Positions 47,841 through 57,885 of a stretch of 64,000 nt of DNA are shown in pieces. The DNA is taken from contig CBDBZU010000004.1 of assembly GCA_965213625.1 (NCBI GenBank), forward strand, positions 1,280,001 through 1,344,000, in the 5' to 3' direction. The notes below the pieces were generated by a model. It did no database searches. It worked only from the letters and a program-made list of their open reading frames with translations, and was not told the DNA's origin. Every line of letters begins with the position of its first letter. The stretch's first letter is position 1. The DNA comes from a bacterium. GTDB taxonomy: Bacteria > UBA8248. Made by a program: the position numbers and the translations under genes.

Positions 47841-49862
47841 ATGATCGAACTGGCTTGGCTCATTCCCGTTTTTCCGGTGATCGGGGTTCTGATCAACGGA
47901 TTGTTCGGAAGGCACGTGGGCGAGAAGGCGGGTCCCATCGCTTCCGTCATGGCGGGCCTGTCGCTTCTCGTGGTGCTGGGCATCGCCGGGCAGATGATCT
48001 TCGGCGCGGGCGGCAGCCACACCATACCGCTCTGGACGTGGGTGGAAGCTGGCAGCCTGAGCGTTTCCATGAGCTTCCTCATAGACCCGCTGAGCACCAT
48101 CATGCTGCTCGTGGTGTCGGGCGTGGGCTTTCTGGTTCACGTCTACTCCGTGGGCTACATGCACGGCGACCCGGGCTATCCGCGCTTTTTCACCTATCTC
48201 AACCTGTTCATGCTCTCGATGTTCCTGCTGGTGCTGGGGGACAATTATCTCGTCATGTTCGTGGGCTGGGAGGGCGTGGGCCTTTGCAGCTATCTGCTCA
48301 TCGGCTTCTGGTACGAGAAGCAATCCGCTTCCGACGCGGGCAAGAAGGCGTTCATCGTCAACCGCATCGGCGACGCGGGCTTCCTGCTCGGCATGTTCCT
48401 CATCTGGACGCTGACCGGCAGCCTCACCTACACGGAAGTGTTCAAGGCGGCGCCCGAGATGAGCGCGGCGGCGGCATCGGCCGTCGGCCTTCTGCTGTTC
48501 GTCGGGGCCATCGGCAAGAGCGCGCAGATTCCGCTCTACGTCTGGCTGCCCGACGCCATGGAAGGCCCGACCCCCGTCAGCGCCCTCATCCACGCCGCCA
48601 CCATGGTGACGGCTGGCGTCTACATGGTCGCGCGCACGAGCCCCATCTACGTCATGGGGCCGGACGCGATGAGCGTCATTGCCATCGTCGGCGCGCTCAC
48701 GGGCCTGTTTGCCGCGAGCATCGGCCTGGTGCAAAACGACATCAAGCGCGTGCTCGCCTACAGCACGGTGAGCCAGCTCGGCTTCATGTTCATGGCGCTG
48801 GGCGTGGGCGCCTTTACGGCCGCCATCTTCCACCTGATGACCCACGCCTTCTTCAAGGGCCTGCTCTTTCTGGGCAGCGGCAGCGTGATCCACGCACTGC
48901 ACCATGCGCCCGAGGAACAGCAGCAGGACATGCGCTACATGGGCGGCTTGAAGGACAAGATGCCCATCACGTACTGGACGTTCCTGATCGGCGCAATCGC
49001 CATCGCGGGCGTGCCGCCGCTGGCGGGCTTCTGGAGCAAGGACGAGATTCTGGCGAACGCCTTCTTCACGGGACACTACACGGTCTGGATCATGGGCACG
49101 GTTGCGGCCTTCATGACGGCCTTCTACATGTTCCGGCTCATCTTCATGACGTTTCACGGCGAGATGCGCGTCGATCATCACGCCCGCGAGCATATTCACG
49201 AATCGCCCGCCACGATGACGGTACCGCTCGTCATACTGGCGGTTCTGAGCGTGATCGGCGGCGTGATTCCCGGCTTCCCGCCCGAGGGCGGGTGGATACA
49301 CGGCTTCCTGGCGCCTTCGCTGGCGAAGATGCCGGCGGGTGGCCACGCCATGGACCAGGGCGTGCACCTGGTGAACGCGGCGGCCGGCGGCGGACACAGC
49401 GGGCCTGCGGTGGTGTTCCTGATCATCCTGGCCATCGCCGTCGCCGTGGGCGGCATCGCCCTGGCGTGGTACATGTACGTGAAGGACACGGAAGCGCCGA
49501 GGCGCTTGTACAGGAGCATGCCGGGCTTATATTACCTGCTGCTCGGCAAATACTATATCGACGAGATTTACCAGGCCTGCATCGTCGAGCCGACCTACAA
49601 GCTCATGCGCGGCCTGTGGGCCTTCGATGCGAAGGTGGTGGACGGCGCGGTGAACGGCAGTTCGCTCATCACTATGGTGTCGAGCCGCTTCTCGGGTATT
49701 TTCGATCTTCGGACGGTGGACGGGGCGGTGAACGGCACGGCGAGCTTCATCCGCTTCTTCTCCCAGGTATTCAAATACCTGCAATCCGGAATGGTTCAGA
49801 ATTATCTTTTCGTGATGCTGTTGGGCATCTTCGTGATGCTGAGCGCGTACCTTTTCCGCTGA
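47841..49862 (+). CDS. nuoL: Complex I-like subunit L (operon 2)
   Basis: GWEGVGLCSYLLIGFW, KSAQIPLYVWLPDAMEGPTPVSALIHAATMV. Confidence 0.96.
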   Translation: MIELAWLIPVFPVIGVLINGLFGRHVGEKAGPIASVMAGLSLLVVLGIAGQMIFGAGGSHTIPLWTWVEAGSLSVSMSFLIDPLSTIMLLVVSGVGFLVHVYSVGYMHGDPGYPRFFTYLNLFMLSMFLLVLGDNYLVMFVGWEGVGLCSYLLIGFWYEKQSASDAGKKAFIVNRIGDAGFLLGMFLIWTLTGSLTYTEVFKAAPEMSAAAASAVGLLLFVGAIGKSAQIPLYVWLPDAMEGPTPVSALIHAATMVTAGVYMVARTSPIYVMGPDAMSVIAIVGALTGLFAASIGLVQNDIKRVLAYSTVSQLGFMFMALGVGAFTAAIFHLMTHAFFKGLLFLGSGSVIHALHHAPEEQQQDMRYMGGLKDKMPITYWTFLIGAIAIAGVPPLAGFWSKDEILANAFFTGHYTVWIMGTVAAFMTAFYMFRLIFMTFHGEMRVDHHAREHIHESPATMTVPLVILAVLSVIGGVIPGFPPEGGWIHGFLAPSLAKMPAGGHAMDQGVHLVNAAAGGGHSGPAVVFLIILAIAVAVGGIALAWYMYVKDTEAPRRLYRSMPGLYYLLLGKYYIDEIYQACIVEPTYKLMRGLWAFDAKVVDGAVNGSSLITMVSSRFSGIFDLRTVDGAVNGTASFIRFFSQVFKYLQSGMVQNYLFVMLLGIFVMLSAYLFR

Positions 49863-49885
49863 TGCGATGAGGTTTTGGAGGAACT

Positions 49886-51433
49886 ATGAGTAACATGCCG
49901 CTTCTTACGATGATCACCTTCCTGCCCGCGTTGGGCGCGGTGATCATCATGCTCTTTATGAAGAAAGAGCAGACGAAAGCCATCAAGGGTTTCGCCACGG
50001 CGGTGGCGGTCTTGGATTTCCTGATCTCACTCCCCCTCTGGTTCAAATTCGACAAGGCCGAAGCCGGCTTTCAGTTCGTGGAGAAGGTGAGTTGGATACC
50101 GACCATCGGCGTGAGCTATTTCGTCGGCATCGACGGAATCAGCGTGCTGCTCGTCCTTCTCACCACGCTCACGATGATCATAGGGGTCGTGTGCTCGTTC
50201 ACCGCCATCGAGGAGCGCGAGAAAGAATACTACGTCTGCCTCCTGTTGCTGGCGACCGGCATGCTGGGCACCTTCATCGCGCTCGATATCTTCCTGTTCT
50301 ACGTGTTCTTCGAGATTACCCTGGTGCCGATGTATTTCCTCATCGGCGTGTGGGGCGGACCGAGAAAACTCTACGCGGCGATCAAGTTCTTCCTCTATAC
50401 GCTGTTTGGCAGCGTGTTGATGCTGTTGGGAATTCTGGCGCTCTATTTCGCCAACTTGAAGATGGGAACCGGGACCCTCACGTTCGACCTGGTCGAGTTG
50501 TACGGCGTGGGGCCGAAGATACCGCTTTCGCTCCAGATATGGATATTCTTGGCGTTCTTCATCGGTTTCGCCATCAAGGTACCCATGTTCCCCTTCCACA
50601 CCTGGCTGCCGGACGCGCACGTGGAAGCGCCCACGGCGGGCAGTGTGATTCTGGCGGGCATCCTCCTGAAAATGGGAACCTACGGGTTCGTGCGCTTCGC
50701 CCTGCCGCTGCTGCCCCAGGCGAGCCATGTTTTCGTGCCCTTCATGATGTTGCTCTCCATCATCGGCATCATCTACGGGGCGCTGGTGGCCATGGCGCAG
50801 ACCGACATCAAGAAACTGGTGGCCTATTCCTCCGTGAGCCACCTGGGCTTCGTGATGCTCGGCGTGTTCGCCTTAAACGAACAAGGCGTGCTCGGCGGAC
50901 AGCTCCAGATGATCAACCACGGAATCAGCACGGGCGCCTTGTTCCTTCTGGTCGGCGTCGTTTACGAGAGGCGCCACACGCGCCTCATTTCCGAATATGG
51001 CGGCCTCTCGAAGGTCGTGCCTGTCTTTACGGTGCTCTTCGCCATCACGATGCTGAGCAGCATCGGTCTGCCGGGGCTGAACGGGTTCGTGGGCGAGTTC
51101 CTCATCCTCATCGGCGCGTTCAAGAAGAGCTACGTGTACGCCGGGTTCGCCGTCATCGGCATCGTCCTGGGGGCGGCCTACATGCTCTGGCTCTTCCAGC
51201 GGGTATTCTTCGGCAATCTGGATAACCCCAAGAACAAGGAACTCACCGACTGCAACGCGCGCGAGGTTCTCTATCTTCTGCCGCTGGTCATCCTGATGTT
51301 CTGGATCGGCCTGTACCCCAAGCCGTTCCTCGGAAGGATGGAGGCGAGCGTGAAGAAGGTCGTGAAGATGGTGAACGTGGCGGAGGTCCCGCAAAAGGCC
51401 GCGCTCGGCAAACTGACGAAGCTCGAGAAATGA
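49886..51433 (+). CDS. nuoM: Complex I-like subunit M (operon 2)
   Basis: HTWLPDAHVEAPT, LLKMGTYG, GLPGLNGFVGE. Confidence 0.96.
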   Translation: MSNMPLLTMITFLPALGAVIIMLFMKKEQTKAIKGFATAVAVLDFLISLPLWFKFDKAEAGFQFVEKVSWIPTIGVSYFVGIDGISVLLVLLTTLTMIIGVVCSFTAIEEREKEYYVCLLLLATGMLGTFIALDIFLFYVFFEITLVPMYFLIGVWGGPRKLYAAIKFFLYTLFGSVLMLLGILALYFANLKMGTGTLTFDLVELYGVGPKIPLSLQIWIFLAFFIGFAIKVPMFPFHTWLPDAHVEAPTAGSVILAGILLKMGTYGFVRFALPLLPQASHVFVPFMMLLSIIGIIYGALVAMAQTDIKKLVAYSSVSHLGFVMLGVFALNEQGVLGGQLQMINHGISTGALFLLVGVVYERRHTRLISEYGGLSKVVPVFTVLFAITMLSSIGLPGLNGFVGEFLILIGAFKKSYVYAGFAVIGIVLGAAYMLWLFQRVFFGNLDNPKNKELTDCNAREVLYLLPLVILMFWIGLYPKPFLGRMEASVKKVVKMVNVAEVPQKAALGKLTKLEK

Positions 51434-51470
51434 TGAACGAGATTTCGCTTGAATTGATGGAGTCTTTCTG

Positions 51471-52973
51471 ATGGAAGTGGTGATTCCTGACATCGCCTTG
51501 TCCCTGGCGCTTCCCGAGATAGGGCTGGCCATACTCGTATGCGCCGTTCTGATTCTCGACCTGTTCGTGTCGCTCGAGAACAAGTCGCGCGTGGGCGTGG
51601 TGGCGTTCGTGGGGGTCGTGATTCTCGCGCTCGTCGCCTTCGGGCAATGGGGTGAGGGCGCGAGGACGACGTTCAACGGCTTCTACGTGGTCGACAACCT
51701 GAGCGTGTTCGTGAAGGTGTGCGTGCTGCTTTGCGCGGCCATCTCCATTCTGCTGCTGCTTCAATACGCAAAAGTCGAGAAGATCAACTTCGGCGAACTG
51801 TACGCCATGCTGCTCTTCTCGGTGTTCGGCATGCTCGTGATGGCGTCGGGCAACGATTTGATTTCGATCTACCTGGGACTCGAAACCATGAGCATCAGCA
51901 TCTACGTGCTCGTGGCGTTCATGCGGCATGACCCCTTGAGCCGGGAGGCGGGCCTCAAGTATTTCCTCATGGGGGCTTTCGCCTCGGGCATTCTCCTGTA
52001 CGGCATGGCGCTGACGTACGGGTTCGCCGGGACGACCTCGATTCGCGGTATAGCGGAAGCGTTCGCAGGGTCGGGCGGCGCCGCCATCGCGCAGAACCCC
52101 GTGATGATTTTCGGCCTCATTCTCCTGGTGGCGGGATTCGGCTTCAAGCTGGCGATGGCGCCGTTCCACATGTGGCTGCCGGACGCCTACACGGGCGCGC
52201 CGACGCCGATTACGGGCTTCATGTCCGTGGCCGTCAAGTTCGCGACCGTTGCCGCCCTGATGCGGATATTCTTCGTGGCGTTACCGGCCATGGCCGACAG
52301 GTGGAACACCCTGTTGTGGGCGCTCACCGCGTTCACGCTGGTGTGGGGGAACGTGGCGGCCATCGCCCAGACGAGCCTGAAGCGCATGCTGGCGTACTCG
52401 AGCATCGGACACGCGGGCTACGTGCTGATGGGCGTGGTGGCCACCATGAGCGTGGTGGACGGGAAGGTGACGTTCACCGACATCGGCATCAGCGCGGTGG
52501 CGTTTTACCTGCTCGCTTACCTGTTCACGAACCTGGGCGCCTTCGGGATGCTGATTCTCGTGTGCCGGGACGGCTACCGGGGCGACAACATCGAGGACTG
52601 GAAGGGAATCGGGCAGGCGCATCCCTGGGCGGGGATGGCCTTCGTGGTGTTCCTCCTCTCGCTCGGCGGCATTCCGCCGACGGCCGGCTTCGTCGGCAAA
52701 CTCTACCTCTTCGCCGCGGCAGTGCAGAACGAATATTATTGGCTCGCCGTCATCGGGCTCGTGATGAGCGCGGTCTCGATGTACTACTACGGGCGCATCA
52801 TCATGGTGATGTTCATGGAGAACAGGGGAGAGACGCAGGCGGTGATGAGTTTCTCGAGCGCGCCCTCTCTTTTCTTCGCGCTGGTGGTGCTGGTGGTGGC
52901 GACGCTGCTGCTTGGCATCTTCCCGGGCAGCTTCCTAGACGCGGCGAAAGGCACCGTCGCCGGATTTATCTAG
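51471..52973 (+). CDS. nuoN: Complex I-like subunit N (operon 2)
   Basis: EAGLKYF, FKLAMAPFHMWLPDAY.GAP, KRMLAYSSIGH, GIPPTAGF.GK. Confidence 0.96.
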   Translation: MEVVIPDIALSLALPEIGLAILVCAVLILDLFVSLENKSRVGVVAFVGVVILALVAFGQWGEGARTTFNGFYVVDNLSVFVKVCVLLCAAISILLLLQYAKVEKINFGELYAMLLFSVFGMLVMASGNDLISIYLGLETMSISIYVLVAFMRHDPLSREAGLKYFLMGAFASGILLYGMALTYGFAGTTSIRGIAEAFAGSGGAAIAQNPVMIFGLILLVAGFGFKLAMAPFHMWLPDAYTGAPTPITGFMSVAVKFATVAALMRIFFVALPAMADRWNTLLWALTAFTLVWGNVAAIAQTSLKRMLAYSSIGHAGYVLMGVVATMSVVDGKVTFTDIGISAVAFYLLAYLFTNLGAFGMLILVCRDGYRGDNIEDWKGIGQAHPWAGMAFVVFLLSLGGIPPTAGFVGKLYLFAAAVQNEYYWLAVIGLVMSAVSMYYYGRIIMVMFMENRGETQAVMSFSSAPSLFFALVVLVVATLLLGIFPGSFLDAAKGTVAGFI

Positions 52974-53083
52974 CAATCTCACGCGACATATAAAGCAGTA
53001 CGTTCTTCTCTCGTTCCTGAGCGGGGCGGGGGGTGGAAGCGCGTTTTTCTCCCGGCGGGTATCTTGCCGTCCGGCCCGAATGC

Positions 53084-53308
53084 GGTTGTTGAAAGCCCCT
53101 CATCGGTCGGAGTCGATCAACGTCGTCATTCCGGCGAAAGCCGGAATCCATTCTCAAGCGGAATGACAATACGCCGGCTTTTCATCTCCCCGTCATTGGC
53201 GTGAACTAATCAGAAAATAAAAAAAAGGAAAAACAAATGGATTCCGGCCCAAGGCCGGAATGACGAGCCAAGCCGTACGACCTCTTCCGGGACTTTTTCA
53301 ACAACCCC
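53084..53308. mobile_element. MITE/REPIN-like element: IS-like ends enclosing an inverted pair of REP-like hairpins
   Basis: Ends GGTTGTTGAAAG (53084) and TTTTTCAACAACCCC (ends 53308); inside GTCATTCCGGCGAAAGCCGGAATCCAT (53125-53151) and its inverted partner ATGGATTCCGGCCCAAGGCCGGAATGAC (53237-53264). Confidence 0.65.
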
Positions 53309-53366
53309 GAAGAGCGAGTGTTTGCAGCTTTTCCAGTCGAGAAGGGCGTCCCTCTCCTATCTGAAA

Positions 53367-53455
53367 GGGATCTTTTTCAACAACCCAGTGAAGGAGCGTT
53401 TGCACCTCCCATCCTTCGATACGGCGCGCGAGCGCGCCTACTCAGGATGAGGGAG
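53367..53455. repeat. Extra solo end plus a different palindromic unit
   Basis: GGGATCTTTTTCAACAACCC (53367-53386); CATCCTTCGATACGGCGCGCGAGCGCGCCTACTCAGGATG hairpin (~53410-53449). Confidence 0.55.
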
Positions 53456-53644
53456 TGTGTTGTCGCGCGTCAAACCCTCATTCATCAGTCGTGTCGATTC
53501 CTCCTGCATCAGTCGGAATTGACCCCGCATTTACCATGAGCGTGAAATCCTGGAATCCGGTATGGCGCGACCATGCCGCCGTCGAGCCAGACCTGGAATC
53601 GCTCCGAATCCTTGCTCATGCTCCCTCCGTCTCTCTCGGCCCTG

Positions 53645-55747
53645 TCATGCGAGTCCCCCGCTACCGCCGCTCCCTGCGTCGTGCGGGGCCGACACGACCG
53701 TGAGGTTCAGGTTGCCCTGCTCGTCGCTGCGGGCGACCTGTCCGGGTAGCACGACGGTCGTCGAGTCCATCTGCTCGAGGATCGCGGGGCCTTCAAGATC
53801 GGCGCCCCGTGGGAGGCCCTCCCGGGCGTAGATCGGGCAATCGACGAATCCGCCGAGCTCTGCAAAATGCACCCGGCGCCTCCCTCGCTCCGCCGCGCGC
53901 AGGTCGCCGCCCGTCCCGGCGGCGCCCGCGACCGGGGGCGCCGTCACCCGGGCGAGGGCGGTGACGCGAAAGGTGACCAGTTGAACCGGCGCGTCCGGCG
54001 CGTAGCCGTACACTCTTTCGTGCTCGCGCCGGAAAGCGTCGACCAGCGCCGAGAGGTCGTGGTCTGCGAATTCCCGCTCCTGAACCGCCACCGTGATCTC
54101 GTGGCTCTGTCCGACGTAGCGCATGTCGATGGCGCGTTGCACCGTGCGCTCGCCGGGCGCCACCCCCTCCCGGTCGAACCATTCGAGGGCTTGCTGTTCG
54201 ACCTCCGTGAAGGTGACGTTGATGCCGGCGGCGCCGGTTCCCTCGAGATCGGCGATCCGCGTCAGGCTGAAATCCGAGCGCACGTCGGCGACGAGGAGCC
54301 CGAGCGCGCACAGGAGACCCGGTCCGGGCGGCACCATGACCCGGGTCATGCCCAGCTCGCGGGCGAGCGCGGAGGCGAGGAGAGGCCCCGCCCCCCCGAA
54401 CGCCACCAGGGTGAAGCGTCGCGGATCGAAACCCTTCTCCACCGAGATCACGCGTATCGCCTGAACCAGGTTCTCGTTGAGGATGGTGAGCACCGCTTCG
54501 GCCGCCTCCTCGGCACCGAGCCCCATCGGGGCCGCCACCTTGTCGGTGATTGCGCGGTGCGCGAGGTCGGGGCGGAGGCTCATGCGGCCGCCCAGCAGGG
54601 AATCTCCGGAAAGGCGGCCGAGCACGACGTTGGCGTCTGTCACGGTGGGCTCGGTTCCTCCGAGGCCGTAGCAGGCGGGGCCGGGCGCGGCGCCGGCGCT
54701 CCGGGGGCCCACGTGCACGAAGCCGCCCGTGTCCACGCGCGCGATGCTGCCCCCTCCGGCTCCCACCGAATGCACGTCGACCATGGGAAAGCGGATGGGA
54801 TGCCCCCGCACCTCCCGCTCCTTTGCGACGAGCGGCCGGTTGCCTTCGATGAGGCAGACGTCGGTGCTCGTTCCCCCGACGTCGAAGGTGATGACGTCCG
54901 GACACTCGGCTCTTCCGGCGAGAAAGCCCGCGCCGGTGACTCCCGCCGCCGGTCCCGACATGAGGCAGCGGCCCGCCATCGCACCCGCATCCCGAAGCGA
55001 GGCGACGCCGCCGTGGGACTGGAGGATCTTCGGGCTCACGATGCCCAGGGCGCGGGACCGTTCCCCGAGGCGCTCGAGATAGCGGCTCACGACCGGGCCC
55101 AGCGATGCGTTCAGCACGGTGGTCGTGGTCCTCTCATACTCGCGGAACTCGGCCACGACTTCGTGGGATGCGCAGGTGAACGCACCGGGAAGGTGCTCGC
55201 GCACCGCGGCCGCGACGGCGGCCTCGTGGGCCGGATTGTGGTAGCTGTGCAGGAAGCAGACGGCCACCGCCTGCACGCCCTCGCGGCGGAAGTCGTCGAG
55301 GATTCCATCGAGCGCTTCGAGGTCCGGCGGCGCGTCGGAAGGCCCGAGGAGATAGGTGCGCTCCTCGATCTCGCGCCGGAGGTGGCGCGCGACGAGGGGC
55401 GGGGGCTTCGGCATCCGAATGTCGTAGTTGTGGGGTTGGCGCTGGCGGCGGATCTCCAGGATGTCGCGAAACCCTTCAGTGGTGATGAGGCCCGTGACCG
55501 CCGTGTCCCCCGTGATGAGCGCGTTGGTGGCGACCGTCGTTCCGTGGCCGAAGTAGCGGACGTTCCCGGCGCCGGTGGCTGCACGGTCCAATAGCTCCGG
55601 AATGCCGGCCGCAATCGCCCGGGACGGGTCGTCCGGGGTCGAGGGTGTCTTCAGAAACCACGTCTTGCCGTCCGACAGGCGGACGAGTGCGAAGTCGGTG
55701 AACGTCCCGCCGACGTCGACGCCGAGGACGTAACGCTCAGGCACCAC
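53645..55747 (-). CDS. Hydantoinase A / 5-oxoprolinase ATP-binding subunit
   Basis: GVDVGGTFTD, HGTTVATNA, REYERT.TT, SGPAAG, DVGGTSTD, GAGGGS, PGPACY, FGGAG. Confidence 0.92.
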   Translation of the reverse strand: MVPERYVLGVDVGGTFTDFALVRLSDGKTWFLKTPSTPDDPSRAIAAGIPELLDRAATGAGNVRYFGHGTTVATNALITGDTAVTGLITTEGFRDILEIRRQRQPHNYDIRMPKPPPLVARHLRREIEERTYLLGPSDAPPDLEALDGILDDFRREGVQAVAVCFLHSYHNPAHEAAVAAAVREHLPGAFTCASHEVVAEFREYERTTTTVLNASLGPVVSRYLERLGERSRALGIVSPKILQSHGGVASLRDAGAMAGRCLMSGPAAGVTGAGFLAGRAECPDVITFDVGGTSTDVCLIEGNRPLVAKEREVRGHPIRFPMVDVHSVGAGGGSIARVDTGGFVHVGPRSAGAAPGPACYGLGGTEPTVTDANVVLGRLSGDSLLGGRMSLRPDLAHRAITDKVAAPMGLGAEEAAEAVLTILNENLVQAIRVISVEKGFDPRRFTLVAFGGAGPLLASALARELGMTRVMVPPGPGLLCALGLLVADVRSDFSLTRIADLEGTGAAGINVTFTEVEQQALEWFDREGVAPGERTVQRAIDMRYVGQSHEITVAVQEREFADHDLSALVDAFRREHERVYGYAPDAPVQLVTFRVTALARVTAPPVAGAAGTGGDLRAAERGRRRVHFAELGGFVDCPIYAREGLPRGADLEGPAILEQMDSTTVVLPGQVARSDEQGNLNLTVVSAPHDAGSGGSGGLA

Positions 55748-57482
55748 GGTTCGAATCTTGGCGGGCCTCCCGCAAGGCCGCGGTCCGGGAGGCGTCGACG
55801 CTTCCGCGTACGAGCGCGACGCCGTAGCTCTGCTCCGCCGCGGGTGCGGTCACCTTGCCGGCGGCCACGTCGTTGCGCACCCTCTCCGGTTCGCGTTCCC
55901 ACGGGTCGCCGAAGCCGGCGCCGGACGGGGTGTCGACCCGAACCGTCGTTCCCGCGTCCACCTCGAGCTCCGAGAACGAGCCCGGAAGCTTCGTCTCGCG
56001 GTTTCCGCCCGGGTCCAGAACGAAGACGCCGGGACACCCCGAACTTCCGCCAAACAGCCCGGACGCGCCTCGGGATTGGCGTAGTCCGCGGCCTGCGAGC
56101 CTCGCCCGCTCCGCCCAGATGGTGACTTCGCGTCGCGTCGCGAGGCCGCCGCGATGCCGTCCGGGGCCTCCCGAGTCGGCGATCAGCTCGTAGCGGCCGA
56201 CGGTCAGCGGGAACTCCTGTTCCACGGATTCGATGGGCAGGTTGGCCGCGCCCGAAACGTGGACCCGGACCGCGTCTTTTCCGTCGAGCGCGGAAAGCGC
56301 GCCGGACGCTCCCGCGTAGGTCTCGTAGTCGACGAAGTACTCGTTCCGGCGCGGGTCGACGCCGCTGAAGATAAGCCCGTGGAGCGGACCGCAGCCGGCC
56401 ATCACCCGGTCCGGCGCTGCGTCGGCGAGCGCGCCCAGCAGCAGGTCGCCGAGCACGTTGCCGGTCGCGCCCCGATCCCCGACGGCTGCGGGGGGGCGGC
56501 AGTTGAGGACCGTGCCTTCCGGCGCGGTGACGCTGATGGCGCGGAAGTACCCGGAGTTGGGCGGCAGCGCCGGGTCCGTCACCGCCTTGACCGCGTAGTA
56601 GACGCCGGACAGGGTGGCCGCGAGCGGCATGTTCCGGGCCCCTGCGATCTGTCCGTCGGTGCCCGTGAAGTCGAAGTGAATGCTATCGGCGCGAATGGTG
56701 ATCTTGACGCGGAGGCGAACGATGCCGTCGGCCACGCCGTCGTTGTCGACCACTTCTTCGTTCTCGTAGGTTCCATCCGGCAGCCTCGCGATCTCGGCGC
56801 GCGTGCGCGACTCGGCGTAGTCGAGGAGCGCTCTCGCGCCCCGGTGCACGCTATCGGCTCCGAAGCGGGCAAAGCACTCCTGCACCCGGCGAACCCCGGT
56901 GGCGTTGGTCGCGATCTGGGCCCGCAGGTCGCCCTCGCGCTCGCGCGGGGTGCGCGAGTTGAGGAGCACGAACGCAAGCATGTCGGTGGACAGCTCCCCC
57001 TCGTCCAGCAGCTTGACGGGAGGGATTCGCAGCCCTTCCTGGAAGATGCTCGTGCAGTCGGCGCTCTCGCTCCCCGCCACCTTGCCGCCGATGTCGGAGT
57101 GGTGGGCGATGTTGGCGACGAACGCGACCGGCCGGCCATCGAAGAAGACGGGGCTTGCGAGCGTCAGGTCCGGCAGGTGCGAGCCGCCTCCCACGTACGG
57201 ATCGTTCGTGAGGAAGCCGTCGCCGGGGCGAAAGCGGTCGAGGGGGTAACGCCGGGTGATGTTCTCCACGAGGCCGAGGAGCGAGCTCAGGTGAAGGGGG
57301 GCGATGGCGGTCAGGGCGAGGAGGTTGCCCGCGGTGTCGAAGATCGCGACCGAGCAGTCACGCCGCTCCTTGATGTTCGGGGAATACGCGGTCTTGACGA
57401 GGGTGGCCATCATTTCGTCGGCCGCGGCGGCGAAGCGGTGCGCGATGACCTCGGAGGTGATTCGGTCGCAGCCTGGATCCAT
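55737..57482 (-). CDS. Hydantoinase B / 5-oxoprolinase subunit
   Basis: TAYSPNIKERRDCS, NDPY.GGSHLPD, HHSDIGG, FQEGLRIPP, DSGGPG.HRGG, G.GDP.ER. Confidence 0.92.
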   Translation of the reverse strand: MDPGCDRITSEVIAHRFAAAADEMMATLVKTAYSPNIKERRDCSVAIFDTAGNLLALTAIAPLHLSSLLGLVENITRRYPLDRFRPGDGFLTNDPYVGGGSHLPDLTLASPVFFDGRPVAFVANIAHHSDIGGKVAGSESADCTSIFQEGLRIPPVKLLDEGELSTDMLAFVLLNSRTPREREGDLRAQIATNATGVRRVQECFARFGADSVHRGARALLDYAESRTRAEIARLPDGTYENEEVVDNDGVADGIVRLRVKITIRADSIHFDFTGTDGQIAGARNMPLAATLSGVYYAVKAVTDPALPPNSGYFRAISVTAPEGTVLNCRPPAAVGDRGATGNVLGDLLLGALADAAPDRVMAGCGPLHGLIFSGVDPRRNEYFVDYETYAGASGALSALDGKDAVRVHVSGAANLPIESVEQEFPLTVGRYELIADSGGPGRHRGGLATRREVTIWAERARLAGRGLRQSRGASGLFGGSSGCPGVFVLDPGGNRETKLPGSFSELEVDAGTTVRVDTPSGAGFGDPWEREPERVRNDVAAGKVTAPAAEQSYGVALVRGSVDASRTAALREARQDSNRGA

Positions 57483-57760
57483 GGGCACTCCCCGACGCGT
57501 TACTGTCAGAAGTGGTGTATGAGCTGAATTGAAGAAGGCGGCGCATCCTGCTGAAACAGGGATGTCCAAAGCCCGGTCATTCAGCACACAGGAGATGCTC
57601 CACCATGAGAGAAGATACGACGATTTCTTCCCGGAAGCCAGCCCTACGGGATGAGTTGAGCGCGCTGGTGCGCGAGGGGGCATTCAAGGAGGAGCGAAAG
57701 GGATGCTCGTCATTGCCAAGCGTGAGACACCGAAGAAGCAGCGAAATTTTTCATGTGAAA

Positions 57761-57885
57761 AAGGGCAGGATCGCTGGCTTGCTCAGAAGTGATGAAAAAC
57801 AATTTAATGCAAATAATAATTTCTGAAAATATCGATAAAATTAGATAAATTCACGGGGTTTTTCGATAAAAAACTGAAAATTTAT
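57761..57885 (+). repeat. AT-rich repeat, copy A (inverted partner at 61641-61769)
   Basis: Shares an exact 27-mer GATAAATTCACGGGGTTTTTCGATAAA (57844-57870) and an exact CAATTTAATGCAAATA with the reverse complement of copy B. Confidence 0.85.

Noticed and set aside
43344-52973. Second nuo set as an assembly duplicate, a group 4 hydrogenase or an Mrp antiporter
   Set aside because: Its sequences clearly diverge from set 1; NuoD2 has the quinone-site HPSTHG and no NiFe CxxC pairs; NuoA, H and J are present.
53084-53455. CRISPR array
   Set aside because: Repeats are inverted and irregular, with no constant repeat-spacer period and no cas genes.
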